Shown here piece after piece: positions 12,785-26,954 of a stretch of DNA of 64,000 bases. Source of the stretch: Leucoraja ocellata (taxonomy: Eukaryota); contig JAWMAR010000201.1 of the NCBI GenBank assembly GCA_036785375.1, positions 1,364,001-1,428,000 on the forward strand. The letters run 5' to 3'. The notes beneath the pieces were generated by a model. That model was not told where the DNA came from. It did no database searches and worked only from the letters and a program-made list of their open reading frames with translations. The stretch's first letter is position 1. Each line of letters starts with the position of its first letter. A program made the position numbers and the translations under genes.

Positions 12785-15700
12785 ACGGGACTATTGGAAT
12801 AGTTGTAAAGCGCGAGGATGAGTGCAGGTACATAATTCCTTGAAGATGCCGTCACATGCAGGTCAACAAGCGTTATGCGCATTGGCCTTCATCAGTCAAA
12901 GTATTGAGTACAGAAGTTGGGAGGTCATGTTTTAGATATATTAGACGTTTGGTGCAGGACGAAGGCACATGAGAGGGTGGAAGTTGATCTGGCGGGTGAT
13001 GAGAGAAGATTTAGTGGGACGGAATAGCAGGAGGAAGGCAATGAGCATAGGGCGACTGATGGTTTACATTGCATTTATATTAATGACGGGTAAAGTAGAC
13101 GAACCGATCATTAATACATATGTGCAACTATGACGTTGCAGTCATTAAAGACACCTGGCTAAGAGAGAGGCGGGACTGGCAGCTGAAGTTTCCAGGGTAT
13201 AGTTGCGTCAGGAGAGACGGAAGTGAGGGTAAATTTGGAGAGGGTGTTGCGTCATCGTTGAAGGAGCATGTCACGACGGAGATCAGATGTGACATTACCG
13301 ACGACTCATCTAGTGAGTATATAAGGTGAGGCAGAGAAACAAGAAAGCGGTTATCATATTTTTGGTTGTGCACTAAGGGCACCCATATAGGGAACGGAAA
13401 TTGGAAAAGCAAATGTGACATGAGATTGTAGGTAGCTGCAGGACTTATAATGTTGTAAAAATAGGGACCTTTAACATTCTCAATATTGATTGGGAATGGC
13501 ACAGTGCAGAAGGCTTAGAAGGGGCAGGATTTGTCAAAGGTACTCAGGAAATTTCCCTCCGGCATTATGTAGAAGCTCACACACCGGAGCGGGCTACGTA
13601 TGATCTAGTCGTGGGAATTTGGAAGGCGCAAGTGGATGAAGTGTACGTGGATGATTATTTTGGGACCAGCGACTGCTGGTATATTGGGTTTAAGATTCTT
13701 CCGATAGAGACAGGACTATCGCACGAGTTAAAATTTAAAAAATGGGCAAGGCCAACACTGTCGGTATCAGATAGAAACTCGCTCAATTTGATTAAACCAG
13801 GCTGTTCGGAGGAAAATGAATATCAGGAAAGTGGGATGTTATAAAACATCTGCTGACATGAGTCTAGGACAAGCATGTTCATGATAATGTGATTGCCAAG
13901 ACAGGCGTGTGTAGGGAAGATTGGACGACGAGAGCAATTTGGTCTCTCGTCACGAGGGAGAAGGAGGAAACAGATGGTGCGATCAAATGTATCTCTGGAG
14001 CTGAGTTTCGGGAACTAAGGCGGAGGCTAAACAAAGAATCCGGGAGGGCTCAAATAGCGCAGGAGATGGATCTGGCAGATGATATTAAGATAATCCAAAG
14101 CAATTGTTCAAAGGTTATAGGTCAGGGTTTTAAGGAGGTGAGAAAAGAAATTGTATGGACCTTGGGGAATACCTTAACAACTTTGCAAACATTAGGCGAC
14201 GTACTTGTGGACCGGTGAGTAGTCAATTTTGGTATTTTGTTCAAGAAGATAAATAGAGATAATCCAATAAATTAGAGTCCGATGAGCTTCATTTCAGTTG
14301 TGTTGTAGCTATTGGAGAGGATTCGTTGCGAGCGATATATTGTCGTATTGATAATACGGGGTAGTGTGCTTGACCTTTTACACGGCTGGTCATTTCTTAT
14401 TAACATGAGGATTTTGGTAGTTGAGGCCAGTTCATTGGCTATATTTAAGAGGGAGTTAGGGGTGGCCCTTGTGGCTAAAATAATCAGGGGGTATGGAGAG
14501 AAGGCAGGTACAGGATACTGAGTTGGATGATCAGCCATGATCATATTGAATGGCGGTGCAGGCTCGAAGGGCCGAATGACCCACTCCTGCACCTATTTTC
14601 TATGTTTCTATGTTTGAGTTGATGAAGGCAATCGATAAGAATACTATGATGGAGGTAATTCCCATGGATTTGCATAAGGTATTTAATGGAATTCCCTGAG
14701 GTATGATGATCTGGATGGTGAAGACGAACGGGATTCACAGTTACCTGGTAATTTTGAATCAGTACTGTTTACTAATAGAACAGAGAATTGAGGTAGCAGC
14801 GCGCTATTCTGGCTGATCGTCTGTGACCGATGGAGACCAAAGCTATCTGTAGCAGTATCTCTGTCGTTTGTGATACGTGTTTCACATGAATGGAGAAGTG
14901 ATTGTTAGAAGTGAACACCACTATTACGATGGTGGAAGACTGTAAGTAATGCTATAATAATCGAGAACGGCATCGAACAGCTACACAAATGGACGGATAC
15001 ATTGGCAGATGCACTGTAATTCGAGCAGTTTTAATATATTTCATATTGGGAGTTTGAATGTAAATAGAAAATATACAATTAATGGACAATACCCTCAATG
15101 AGTAAACGATTCAATAAATTATGGCGCAATTATATAAGATTATGGTAAGTTGGAGTATTTGGAGTATTTGGAGCGTTGCGCGCATGTCTGGACATCCATT
15201 GCAGAATATGGCGGGTTTTGGGTGGGTAGGGAAGATAGTTCATCATGCCGCTGGGGAAGACATAGAATAGAAGCTGAAAACAACTTAGCATGTCACGGAA
15301 TCCGTATACAAAGAGAACAAAAAGGACTGCCAACGACTAACGCTAATAAGTTATCCAGCTGAAGGAAAACAACCACTCCCCCCCAAAAAAACAGTGTGCG
15401 GCGAATTACCATGTTCTCAAACTCAGTGGTAAAAATGAGCGATGTGACCGATTTACTCATCGCAATAAGGTTGTATTGGGATGGATTTTATTTTCCACGA
15501 TGGAAAGTATCAGGAATGTACTGGGAAATGCTCACAATATATGTTTTTGATAGTCAGAGAGTTATGCTGCAGCTCTCAGATGTTCCCTAGGAAATATTGC
15601 TGGTGAAAACATGATGATTTGCGAACGAAGTACAGAATAAAGCATTCAATATGCCGAACAGGCGCCAAGCAGGGCAGCATGACGCTGTATCTGGAATGGA

Positions 15701-18700
15701 ACATCCACTGGCTGCTCTGTGGTTTGGACTTGCACTATGCGTGTTTATTGATGTTATCTACAATGAGGTTGGCCGCCTGCATGGGTAATATTTTCTACTG
15801 AATATTGATACAGGTTGGTAGGACAAAATTGAATGAAACAATTTCATTATTAATGGATACTGGCAAATGATGTGAGGGTTAACATTTAATACAATTATTT
15901 TGTTTATTAAAAGTTGAATCAATGGAGTTCAATATGGTTTTCGTTTCCCATGCGATCCGAAGAAATATATTCAGTGTAATTAAGATGAAACTTATAAGCA
16001 TCTTATAGAGTTTTATATTTCATTATCTGTTTGTTTTTTAATACAGAAAATAAGAAAAAAGGTAATCACGACTTTTCAAGCCAGTGTGGCTATTCCATGG
16101 ACGTAAAATCAGTCGAAAGGCAACGTTTGGCCTCACTGGAGGTGATTCATTAGATCGATGACACTAAAAATCAAATCAAACTCAATAAAAATGTCCATTA
16201 ATATATTTCACACAACAGTGGGTGATATGAACAAGTGAATGATTTTGTAAAATTAAAGCAAAATGTTTCTTTTTCCAGAGTCCTGTATATTTGCGCATAC
16301 CACTTTTCCTATATGATTTAATAACAATGCACACCACTACATTTTTTTTAACAAACGTGAGCTGGCCAGCCATGGAAAACCATTAAAACATGCCGGACTG
16401 ATCAAACGTCAATTCCACCATTCAATTCAAAATTCGAATTGCAACAGGAGATGTCAGAATTCTCAAACAATAATAATACCATTACAGAGAACATTTAGTG
16501 CTCGAGGCAACATTTCTGGTGAGCCAATTATGAGTTTTTCGTTTGCAGATGCTTCTTCTTCTTCAAAAAAAAAGTTTTATTTTTCATTCCATATGCATTG
16601 CTACTGCATGTTTTCTTCGGGAAAAAACAACAATATACATATAACGGTATATGACTGGACCTCGTACACGCTAAATATGTACACTCTTTTCTGCGCATAT
16701 ATTGGCATGGAGGGTAACCTGCAGACTGTGGGCCGTTGAGGTCAATTCCAGCAGCCGTGCCTAAACATTCTTGAACTTAACAATATTATTATATCAAAGT
16801 TGGTCATTTGTTATAAAAACAGGGCACGTTTCACAGATTGCTTGCAATCCTGAAGGACATTACCGCACCATTGGTCCATAATGAATGCCACAGTTATAGA
16901 ACAACCTACCTGTAATGGCTGTATGTTTTTTTTCCCCACGCATAGGTGACTTTTCGAAACAACAACTGTCCGGATGGAATGTTCAGGCGGATTACTGGGT
17001 TACTTTTATTGTTTTGTCGCATTTAGAGATACAGCGATGAGACGGACCCTTCGCCCCCCCCCCCCCCCCCCCCCGAGACCGCACAGAGAAGTGATCGCCC
17101 AGTGCAGTAACCTGCGCACACTAGGAATAATGTTACGCCTTACCGAAGCGAATTAATGTACAACTCTGTACGTCTTTGGAGACACGGGCTCAAACCGGAG
17201 CACAAGGAGAAAACCAACGAGGTCACATGGAGAACATACAATCTCTGTACAGATAGCTTCCGTAGTCAGGGACTCTACCGCGTAGGCAACAACTCTACCA
17301 CTGCGCCCCTGTGCCGCCCTGTGCCTTGTTAATCCATTTATCTCTTGGCCTTCCCTGGTATCATAAGGGCTGCGTGATTGCTGTCATATTTCAGTTCAAC
17401 GAGCTGATTACTAAACCCATGTTTTACCATTAATAAATTAAGATTAATGCATTTCGCTTTAATACATTGGAGTTGCAAAGAATGGGAGTTATAAAGGATC
17501 AAAACAAGATTATGCCCCATCTTTCCTCCACTTCAGCAGCGTATGTTATTTTTCGATACCAATGTACTGAAAAAAATGTACGAGCTCAAAAAAACAAAGG
17601 TAATTCGATCTCCGTTCTCTGCTCAATTCTGATCTATGAACGGACTTACTAAATTGTTCATCAATGAAATTAATGCATAACTGCAGCAATAGGAGACTCA
17701 ATACTGACAGAAAAGTAAATTCTGAATGTTTTAAGCATTCGCAGACTTTATGATTTTCGTTAATAATTTCACATATTCGTGCATCCACTTCAGACTTCGG
17801 AGCAGTACCCGAGATCTAGGATTTAGAGGTCTGGCATGGTCGTCAAAGGGAGTCGCCATGCATGTACATTCTAGTCTCATTTTAGTCCGCTTACTATGAA
17901 GAAACCTTTCAAGTGCGCAGCGGTCGAGTTTCTGCTTTACAGCGCCATCGACCTGGGTTCGATCCTGACCTCATGTGCTGCTTGTATGGAGATTGTACGT
18001 TCTCTCTGTGACCGCCTGGGTTTTCGCCGGATATTACCGTTTTCTACCGCATATCGAAGATGTACAGGTTTGTAGATTAATTGTAAATTGTCCCGAGTGG
18101 AATGCTGCTTGTAGAATGTTGGAATTGAGGGATACTGCTTGTGTACGATATCGCGTAGGTTGAATTAAAAAAAAAGTCTGCTCAACCATGATCACATTGA
18201 ATGGCGGTGCTTGCTCGAAGGGCCGAATGGCCCACTCCTGCACCTATTGTCTATTGCCTATTATCTTAACATCTGTAAGGATATGTGCGACACGATTCAT
18301 CAAAAAGTGTCACAACTCTTGAAAACCATATTTCCCGCACGAGTGCCATCATCTTATATATCCTATGTACACTAACATATCGTTTTGAAATAATACAATT
18401 AGCAGTGTTTTATACTCCAAAGATTGTTTAATTTAATCTCTCTTATGCTGAACACTTTGTCTGATTTTTCCGTGAGTGGCCAGACCTTGTTTCCTTAAAA
18501 CCTGTCATGACATTTTCATGACGACAATGCCTGCAGACTGATTTGGATTTTCATTATTTATCTCCTGTCTTCTTGTTTTCTGGAATTCGTGGTTGTGTAT
18601 TGAACTTTTGACACTGATATTACAATGTACATTCATACTTCCCGATAGATTGATACATTTTATGTAGCGATTCCCATATAATACAATACGGCAAGCAGCA

Positions 18701-21700
18701 ATATTTTTTTCTTTAAGAAAACCCCAAACAATTCACTCATGTTTTACATTGACTATTTACACGGATGTTTGCATATAATTAGTTCATTGTGGCAGCATCT
18801 GCATTAGTATTATATTGATGTTGATAATATTGTTTCAGAGATTGAAAGAAGGGAAGAAGCTCATGGTTAGTCGGGGAATAGTTCAACTCTGTTTTCCTTT
18901 CATTTATTCAAAACCTGGAATCGAAAGTAATATATTTTTGTAGATATACAGTGCATTCAGAAAGTATTCAGACCCCTTTACTTTTTCACATTTCGTTAAT
19001 TACAGCCATTCTAAAATTGATTATATTCATTTTTATATCATCAATCTACACACCATACTTTATAATAAAACGCAAAAATAGGTGTTTATAATTGTTTTGC
19101 AAAGTAATTATAAATAAATAACTGAAGTATAAGTATTCATACCCTTTGTTATGGCACTCAAAATTGAGCTTCGATTAATCATTTTTCTATTGATTTTCCT
19201 TGAGATGTTTTTACAACTTGCTTGGAGTCCGCATGTAGTAAATTAATTTGATTGTACATGATTTGGAAAGCCACACAACTGTATATTTAAGGTCCTGCAG
19301 TTGACAGTGCATGTTCGAGTAAAAACCAAGCCATGAAGATGAAGGAATTGTCCGTAGACATCCGAGACAGTATGGTGTCGAGACACAGATTTGGGTAAGG
19401 GTATAAAACAATGTCTACAGCATTGCACGTCCCTAAGAGCACAGTGCCCCCCGTCATTCTTATATGGAAGAACTTTGAAGCCTCCAAGACACTTCATAGA
19501 GCTGGCCGCTCGGCCAAATTAAGCAATCGCGGGAGAAGGGCCTTGGTCAGGGAGGTGACAACGGTCCCGATGGTCACTCAGACAGCGATCCAGAAATCCT
19601 CTGTGGAGATGAGAGAAACTTCCAGAAGGACAACTATATCTGCAGCACTCCACCAATCAGGCCTTTATGGTAGAATGGCCAGACGGAAGCCACTCCTCAG
19701 TAAAAGGCACATCACAACACGCTTGGAGTTTGCCAAAAGGCACCTAAACAAGATTCTTTGGTCTGATGATACCCATATTCGCCTGAGTGCGAAGTGACGC
19801 GTCTGAAGTAAACCAGGCACCGCTCATCACGTGGCCAATACCATATCCACGGCGAAGCATGGTGGTGGTAACATCATGCAGTGAGGAAGTTGTTCATCGG
19901 CAGGAACTGGGAGACTAGTCTGGATCGAGGGAAAGAGGAACGGAGCAAAGTACAGAGAGATCCTTGATGTAACCGTGCTCCAGAGCGTTCTGCAACTCAG
20001 ACTGGGTCAGATGTCCAGCTTCCAACATGACAACTACTCTAAGAAAACAGCCAAGATAACGCAGGAGTGGATTCGTGACAAGTCTGTGAATGTCCTTGAG
20101 TGGCAGAGCCCGGACTCGAACCGGATCAAATATCTCTGGAAGGAAATAAATATACCTGTGCATCGAAGTTCCCCATCCAATGTGACAGGTCTTGAGAAGA
20201 TCTGCATATAAAACTGGGAGAAATTACCCAAATACAAGTGTGCCAAGCTTGTACCTTCATACCCAAGAAAACTCGAGGTTGTAATCGCTGCCAAAGGTGC
20301 CTCAACAAAGTACTGAGTAAAGGTTCTGAATACTTATGTAAATGTGATATTTCAGTTATTTATTTTAATTAATTTTCAAAAAATTCTGAACACCTGTTTT
20401 CGCTTTTTTGATTATTATTGGGTATTGTTTTTGATTAATGGTAAAATAATGAATTTAATCAATTTTAGAATGAAGCTGTAACGTACCAAAATGTGAAAAA
20501 AGTGGTGGGGTCTGAATACTTTCTGAATACTTTCTGAATGTATGCAATGTTTTTCCGTGACACATCTGACGTTTATTACTGCGCGGTTATTATTCATTTG
20601 GTACTGGGTATAGTATTTCAGTTATATTCACGCTGTTGCAATCTGGGACGGTTCATGCCGTAACGAAACTAGATTTGAAATCACTTATTTTTTTTATCTG
20701 TTAATAGCATTGAACGTAAGACGAAATTATTATCAACAGCAAATTTAATTCACTGAAATGTTGGCAGGAGAAAATGCAAGTGTAACCATGTCCTTTGTTT
20801 GCATACTTCCACCACCAAAATGTTAAAATGTCAGTATTACAGTTAATGTGACCCGTTATTGCTTTGAGGTGGATAACAAAAACATGTATTATTGAATGGC
20901 TAAGATACGGACACCTCACATTCCTCACCAGTCCTTCACAGGGTTAATTCCAGGGATGGCGGGACTGTCATACGTGGATAGAATAGAACGTCTGAGCTTG
21001 CATACTCTGGAATTTAGAAGGATGAAAGGAAGTCTTTTTGAAATTTTTAAGATTATTAAGGGATTGCACACGCTAGAGTCAAGAAACATATTCCCGATGT
21101 TGGGGCAATCCAGAACCAGGGAGCACAGTTTAGGAATAAGGGGTAGGCCATTTAGAAAGGAGATGAAGAAAAAAATCATCCAGAGAGTTGATAATCTGTG
21201 GAATTCGCTGCCTCAGAAGGCAGTGGAGACCAATTTTATGGATGCTTTCAAGAGAGAGTTAGGCAGAGCTCTTAACGATTGCGTAGTCAGCGGTTATGTT
21301 GAGAAGGCAGGAACGGAGAACTGGATGTGGATGATCAGCCATGATCGCAGTAAATGGCGGTGCTGGCTCGAAGGGCCGAATGGCCTACTCCTCACCTATT
21401 GTCTATCGTCTATTGTTTATTGTCTATTGGCTACCTGTTCATGCATAGACAACATTGGCTATTGCGGTTCCGCTTCGGTAATTGGTCCGGTGACCAGGCT
21501 ACACAAAGCATATTTTGCCTGCTCACTGTCCGAGTAATATCCCGTTAAGAGCGCCGGTGAGAAATATTTACACATTACTGTCGTTTGTGGTGATTTATTT
21601 CTTAAAAGGATGCATACATTAATATCCAGATCCTTAATTATTTAATTTGCCCAGCCAATGCATACAGTTCCTTGCAAAGTGATGTTAATGAGTAAATGCT

Positions 21701-24700
21701 CGAAATGCACAGCATGTCATGCGCCTTTAACAAACGATAATTTCAGGCTAATATAACGTCAACAGATTATCTTCCAGATTTCCAAATTGACCATCAATGG
21801 TAGTTTATTAATTTTGAAAGACGAAGAGATACAAAGCCTCTGCCGAGTCAGAATTATTTTGTTTTTATTCATATATATTGCCGAACCAGAGGCATAAAAT
21901 CCTCGACAACTGCTATAAAGCCGTCGAAGATGCTCGGCTTGAACAGGTCAGTGCAGGAGTGGCATGCTTTCTGTCGGTGTCAGGTGCGCCTGTATCATTA
22001 CTTCATATGGCAGATGTAAATTGACCTTCTGGAGACTGAATTAATAACAGCATTATGTGACTTTTCATTGGTTGAATTTGCTTTCAATTGTGCACACATT
22101 TTATGTGGCATTTTTAAATTCTATAAATTTACAATTCATCAAAAGATAATTCTAGTTGAAACAGGGAAGAAATAATTATTTGGCCGTTATCAGACCATTA
22201 TGTGCCTTCCTTTGGAAAAAATAATAATTCGCTGTATCTTCATAATTGAAACTGTAAAATGAGTTACTGAAAGTAGGATAAATAGGCCAAATAACATGAA
22301 CACGCTTTATTGAAAAAAGTATGGAGCATAAATAGTTATTTCACAATCAGTCTCCCTCAAGTCAACATATGTAAATACAATCTTCCTACATTTGGAATAA
22401 TATGCTTCTGAAAATTTAGTTGCACGGTTCTGTACAAAATGACGGTTTTTTTTTTCTAAATTCATCACAGAAATATCATCTTTGAAGGAGAGATTACAAA
22501 GTGCAGGTAAGCACGCGATAAAAGGGGGAGCGATGCCAGCACGAAAATTACCTTCACGTAACCTGTCTAATTATTGGTCTGATCAACATGCATTAGATGC
22601 CAGCTACTGCTACCGCACCAACTTGAGCAATGGAGGTTTGGCTTCTTCGAACTAACAGACTAAAACCACTGCCCCAACTGCAGTAGTTTGCAGCTATAAA
22701 ATATTTTTAAAGCAATTATTACCATTAACAGATAACACTCCTAGTTGGATTATTGAAATACCCAGATCATATTTTTGATATATATTTAAACCGAATTCCC
22801 CCGTCTGCGTTTTCCTTGAATAATCTTCTAAATCTGAAAATAAATACTGAGTTTGAGCTTGACTTTGAGTTTAGATTGACTTTGAGTTTAGTTTATTGTT
22901 TCGTGCACTGAGTACAGTGAGAAGCTATTATTGCGTGCTAACCATTCTGCGGATAGGCAATGCATGATTAAAAGCGAGCCATCCACAACTGTGCAGATTC
23001 ACGATACAATTAATAGTGTGAATAAGGTTTAGTGCAATGAAAACTACGATAAAGTCCGATCAAATATTAGCCAAGGATAATAGTTTATTTATTGTAGAAA
23101 AAAATAATATGGTACATCTGATCTTCTTCGCCGACTCATACACTTTAATCTTCGTAAAACTACAGCTTATCGCTTTAAAGTTATAATATTCCTCGTATCT
23201 CCGTTACGCTTCACATGGCCGAAGAGTAAACCTTCCACATGTAAGTACAAAACTAAACTAAAAACTAAGCTTCTGCGCAAGAAACCGAGATCCAAACACG
23301 CCATAGAATACGTCATAATTCCCACCCACATAATAACGGACAGTTTAAAATTTAAAGGCACATGCCATAATTAATGACACACAAAATAAGCCAAATGGCC
23401 AAACACCAAGCAGATATACTGAGAGGAGAGTTAGCATATTGCTTGTATTTGGAATTCTGAATATTTTTTAAAGCGCTGTTCTTGGCAAACTTAAACATTT
23501 GGATAACACACGGGTCGAGCTGCTGACCACAGTGTGTTAGCTCCTCTGCTAGCTGACCCCGCCGTTCCCTCAAATGGATCCAAATTTGCACTCTTCAACG
23601 TCAGATCTCTCTCCAACAAAGCCCCTCTCATCTCGGACTTCATTTCGGATTCAAAACTTGACTTTCTGTGTCTTACTGAGACTTGGCAACAGCCTGATGA
23701 TTACCTCCACCTCAACCAAGCCATACCTCCCGAGTTTGTTTACATCTGCAAACCCCGCGCTTCAAGGGGGTCTTGCACTGCTCTATCGCGAGAATCTCAA
23801 GATCACGTCAGTCTCAGTCACAGAGCCATCCTCGTTCGAAATCCTGACTGCTCAACTGCATGGCTTCCAGAACTTCCAGAACAAGGGGTCACAGTTTAAG
23901 GATAAGGAGGAAATCTTTTAGGACCGAGATGAGGAAAACTTTTTTCACACAGAGAGTGGTGAATCTCTGGAATTCTCCCCCGCAGAAGGTAGTTGAGGCC
24001 AGTTCATTGGCTATATTTAAGAGGGAGTTAGATGTGGCCCTTGTGGCTAAAGGGATCAGGGGGTATGGAGCGAAGGCAGGTACAGGATACTGAGTTGGAT
24101 GATCAGCCATGATCATATTGAATGGCGGTGCAGGCTCGAAGGGCCGAATGGCCAACTCCTGCACCTATTTTCTATGTTTCTATGTTTCTATGTTTCTATG
24201 GATGTACACCCACCCTCATAGTGTCTATCTATCGTCCTCCAAAGCCTTCTACAATTTTTATTAGCGAACTCACTGCTATTTTATATGACCTATGTGCCAT
24301 GTCCCCCAATGTCATTTTAATGGGTGATTTCAATATTCATTTAGATCAACATGCTGACACCTGTACTAATGATTTTATTTCTGTTCTGGATAGTTTTGGC
24401 CTCACTCCGTACATCGATTTCCCAACCCATAATAAAGGCCATATTTTAGACTTAGTCTGTTGCTCTGGAGTGACACCATACAATCTTAAATCTACAGAGC
24501 TTCCCATTTCAGACCATAAAACAGTCCTTTTTGATATTAATCTGCCACTCCCTAAACGCAATCTGAAGCGCACCATATCCTTCCGTAATCTGAAAAACAT
24601 TAATTAAGTGGAACTCAACAGACTAATCAGTCACTCTCTTCATCCTACTTCCCCCCCCCCCCCCCCCCCCCCCCACTCTGCATTGCTAACCTGGTTGATC

Positions 24701-26914
24701 ACTACAATGACTGTTTATCCCACTCATTAAACTCATTGGCTCCTCTGAAACCCCGTACAGTCTCTTTTAGCAGGTCATCTCCGTGGTACACTCCTGAACT
24801 CCGCTATATGAAAATGGTGGGCCGGCGTCTGGAGAGACTTACAAAGAAAACTGGACTAACTATTCACCACCAAATGCATACAGATCATCTTCTCTCATAT
24901 AAAAATGCCCAGACTGCTGGTAAATCCTCCTACTACTCCAACATCAGCAACAACAGTGAAAATAACACTCGCACTTTATTCTCCATTGTCAACAAACGAC
25001 TTAAACCTCCTGAAACCTCGAATCACCTCAACTCCACTGCTCAGTGTAATACGTTTTTGGACTTCTTCAGTACCAAAATCACCAGCATTCATCACCAATT
25101 GAACTCTTTCTCAGCTTCTGCTCACAACGGCCCACACTGGACTTCCACACTGGACCCCCCACTATCCACCCTATCTACTTTCCAGCTTCCAACAGTCGAA
25201 TAAATAACTAAACTCATCACCAAGTCCGAGAACTCCTCCTGCTTGCTTGATCCCATCCCTACTGTCCTGGTTAAATCCTGTCTGCCCTCTATCTCACCCA
25301 TCATAACGTCCATAATTAACTCCTCCCTATCAACTGCTACTGTCCCTACATCTCTGAAAGTAGCTTCTGTCACCCCGATTCTAAAAAAAAAACAGGTTCT
25401 GATCCAAACAATCCAAATAACTACCGCCCCATCTCCAACCTCCCGTTCATCACTAAACTTCTGGAAAGGACAGTAGCGACACAACTTCAAGTCCACCTTC
25501 AAAACATTAACCTCTATGAACCATTTCAGTCTGGTTTTCGCCACAATCACAGCACTGAAACAGCCTTGGTAAAAATTACAAATGATCTCCTTCTCGCAGC
25601 TGACACCGGCCACTTATCCATCCTGATCCTCCTCGACCTCACAGCAGCCTTTGACACCATCTCCCATCCAATTCTTCTGGAACGTCTATCTGCCACCGGC
25701 ATCAACAACAATGCACTACTTTGGTTCAGGTCCTATCTACACCACAGAAAACAGTTCATCCAGGGAAATAAAGTCACATCCATAACTGCCATAGTCACCC
25801 ATGGTGTTCCTCAGGGATCGGTGCTGGGGCCACTGCTTTTTATCATCTATATTCAACCTCTTGGCAATATTCTCCTTCATTTTGGAATCATGTTTCACTG
25901 CTACGCCGATGATACACAACTTTACCTCTCCACAAAACCAAACACCTCCCTTCCCCCAACTGCCCTCACCTGTCTTCAAGCTATCAGCAACTGGATGTCA
26001 CTCAACCTTCTAAAATTCAATGGAAATAAAACAGAAATCATGCTAATTGGCTCAAAGTCCACACTCTCCAAAACCCACCCGTTCACCATTTCAGTTGATG
26101 GCTCACCCATACCCACCTCCTCCCATGTCAAAAGTCTCGGCGTCATCTGGACAGTACACTTTCCTTTGGCCCCCACATCAGCAATATCACACGCTCTGCA
26201 TAATTTCATCTCCGCAACATCTCCAGCTCCGCCCCTCCCTATCCAAAGACAATACAAAAGTCCTCATCCACGCTCTGGTCACATCCCGAATCGATTACTG
26301 CAACGCCCTCCTCACTTGCACCTCCAATAAACTTCTTCATCGCCTCCAATGCATTCAGAACTCTGCAGCCCGGATCATCACCCGCACCAGATCATCGGAC
26401 CACATCACACCCATCCTCACTCAGCTCCACTGGCTCCCTGTGCACCACCGGATTAACTACAATATTTTACTGCTGACCTTCAAAGCCCTACACCACCTTG
26501 CTCCCCAAGACCTCTCTGATCTGCTACTACCATACACTCCTTCCCGGTCACTTCGTTCCTCCTCAGCTGCAATTTTAACTGTCCCCACATTTAGACTCAG
26601 CACCATGGGTGCCAGAGCCTTCAGCTGCTCTGCCCCACGTCTCTGGAACACTCTCCCACCTCCCATCCGTCACCTGGACACTATCGATCAATTCAAATCA
26701 CAACTCAAAACACACATGTTTAGATTAGCATACCCGACATAACTTCCACCATCTTCACTCTGATTTTAATGACTTAAAATGTTTTGTGTATTTTTTTTGT
26801 TTTTTTTTGTTTTTGTTTTTCAATCAACTTGATTTTAATATTGATAAATGTATTGTGATTTTATGTCTTGTAAGTTGTCCTTGGGTGTCCAGAAAGGCGC
26901 CAGCAAATAAAATG

Positions 26915-26954
<40 letters not shown>

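Noticed and set aside
15120-15150. Strong donor ATG|gtaagt
   Set aside because: Part of the decayed CR1 LYKxLVRPHLEY motif; no suitable acceptor.
21921-21946. 26-nt segment AVEDARLEQ with gtcagt donor
   Set aside because: One base short of the 27-nt class, so frameshifting; poor acceptor. Could be a relic but unsupported.
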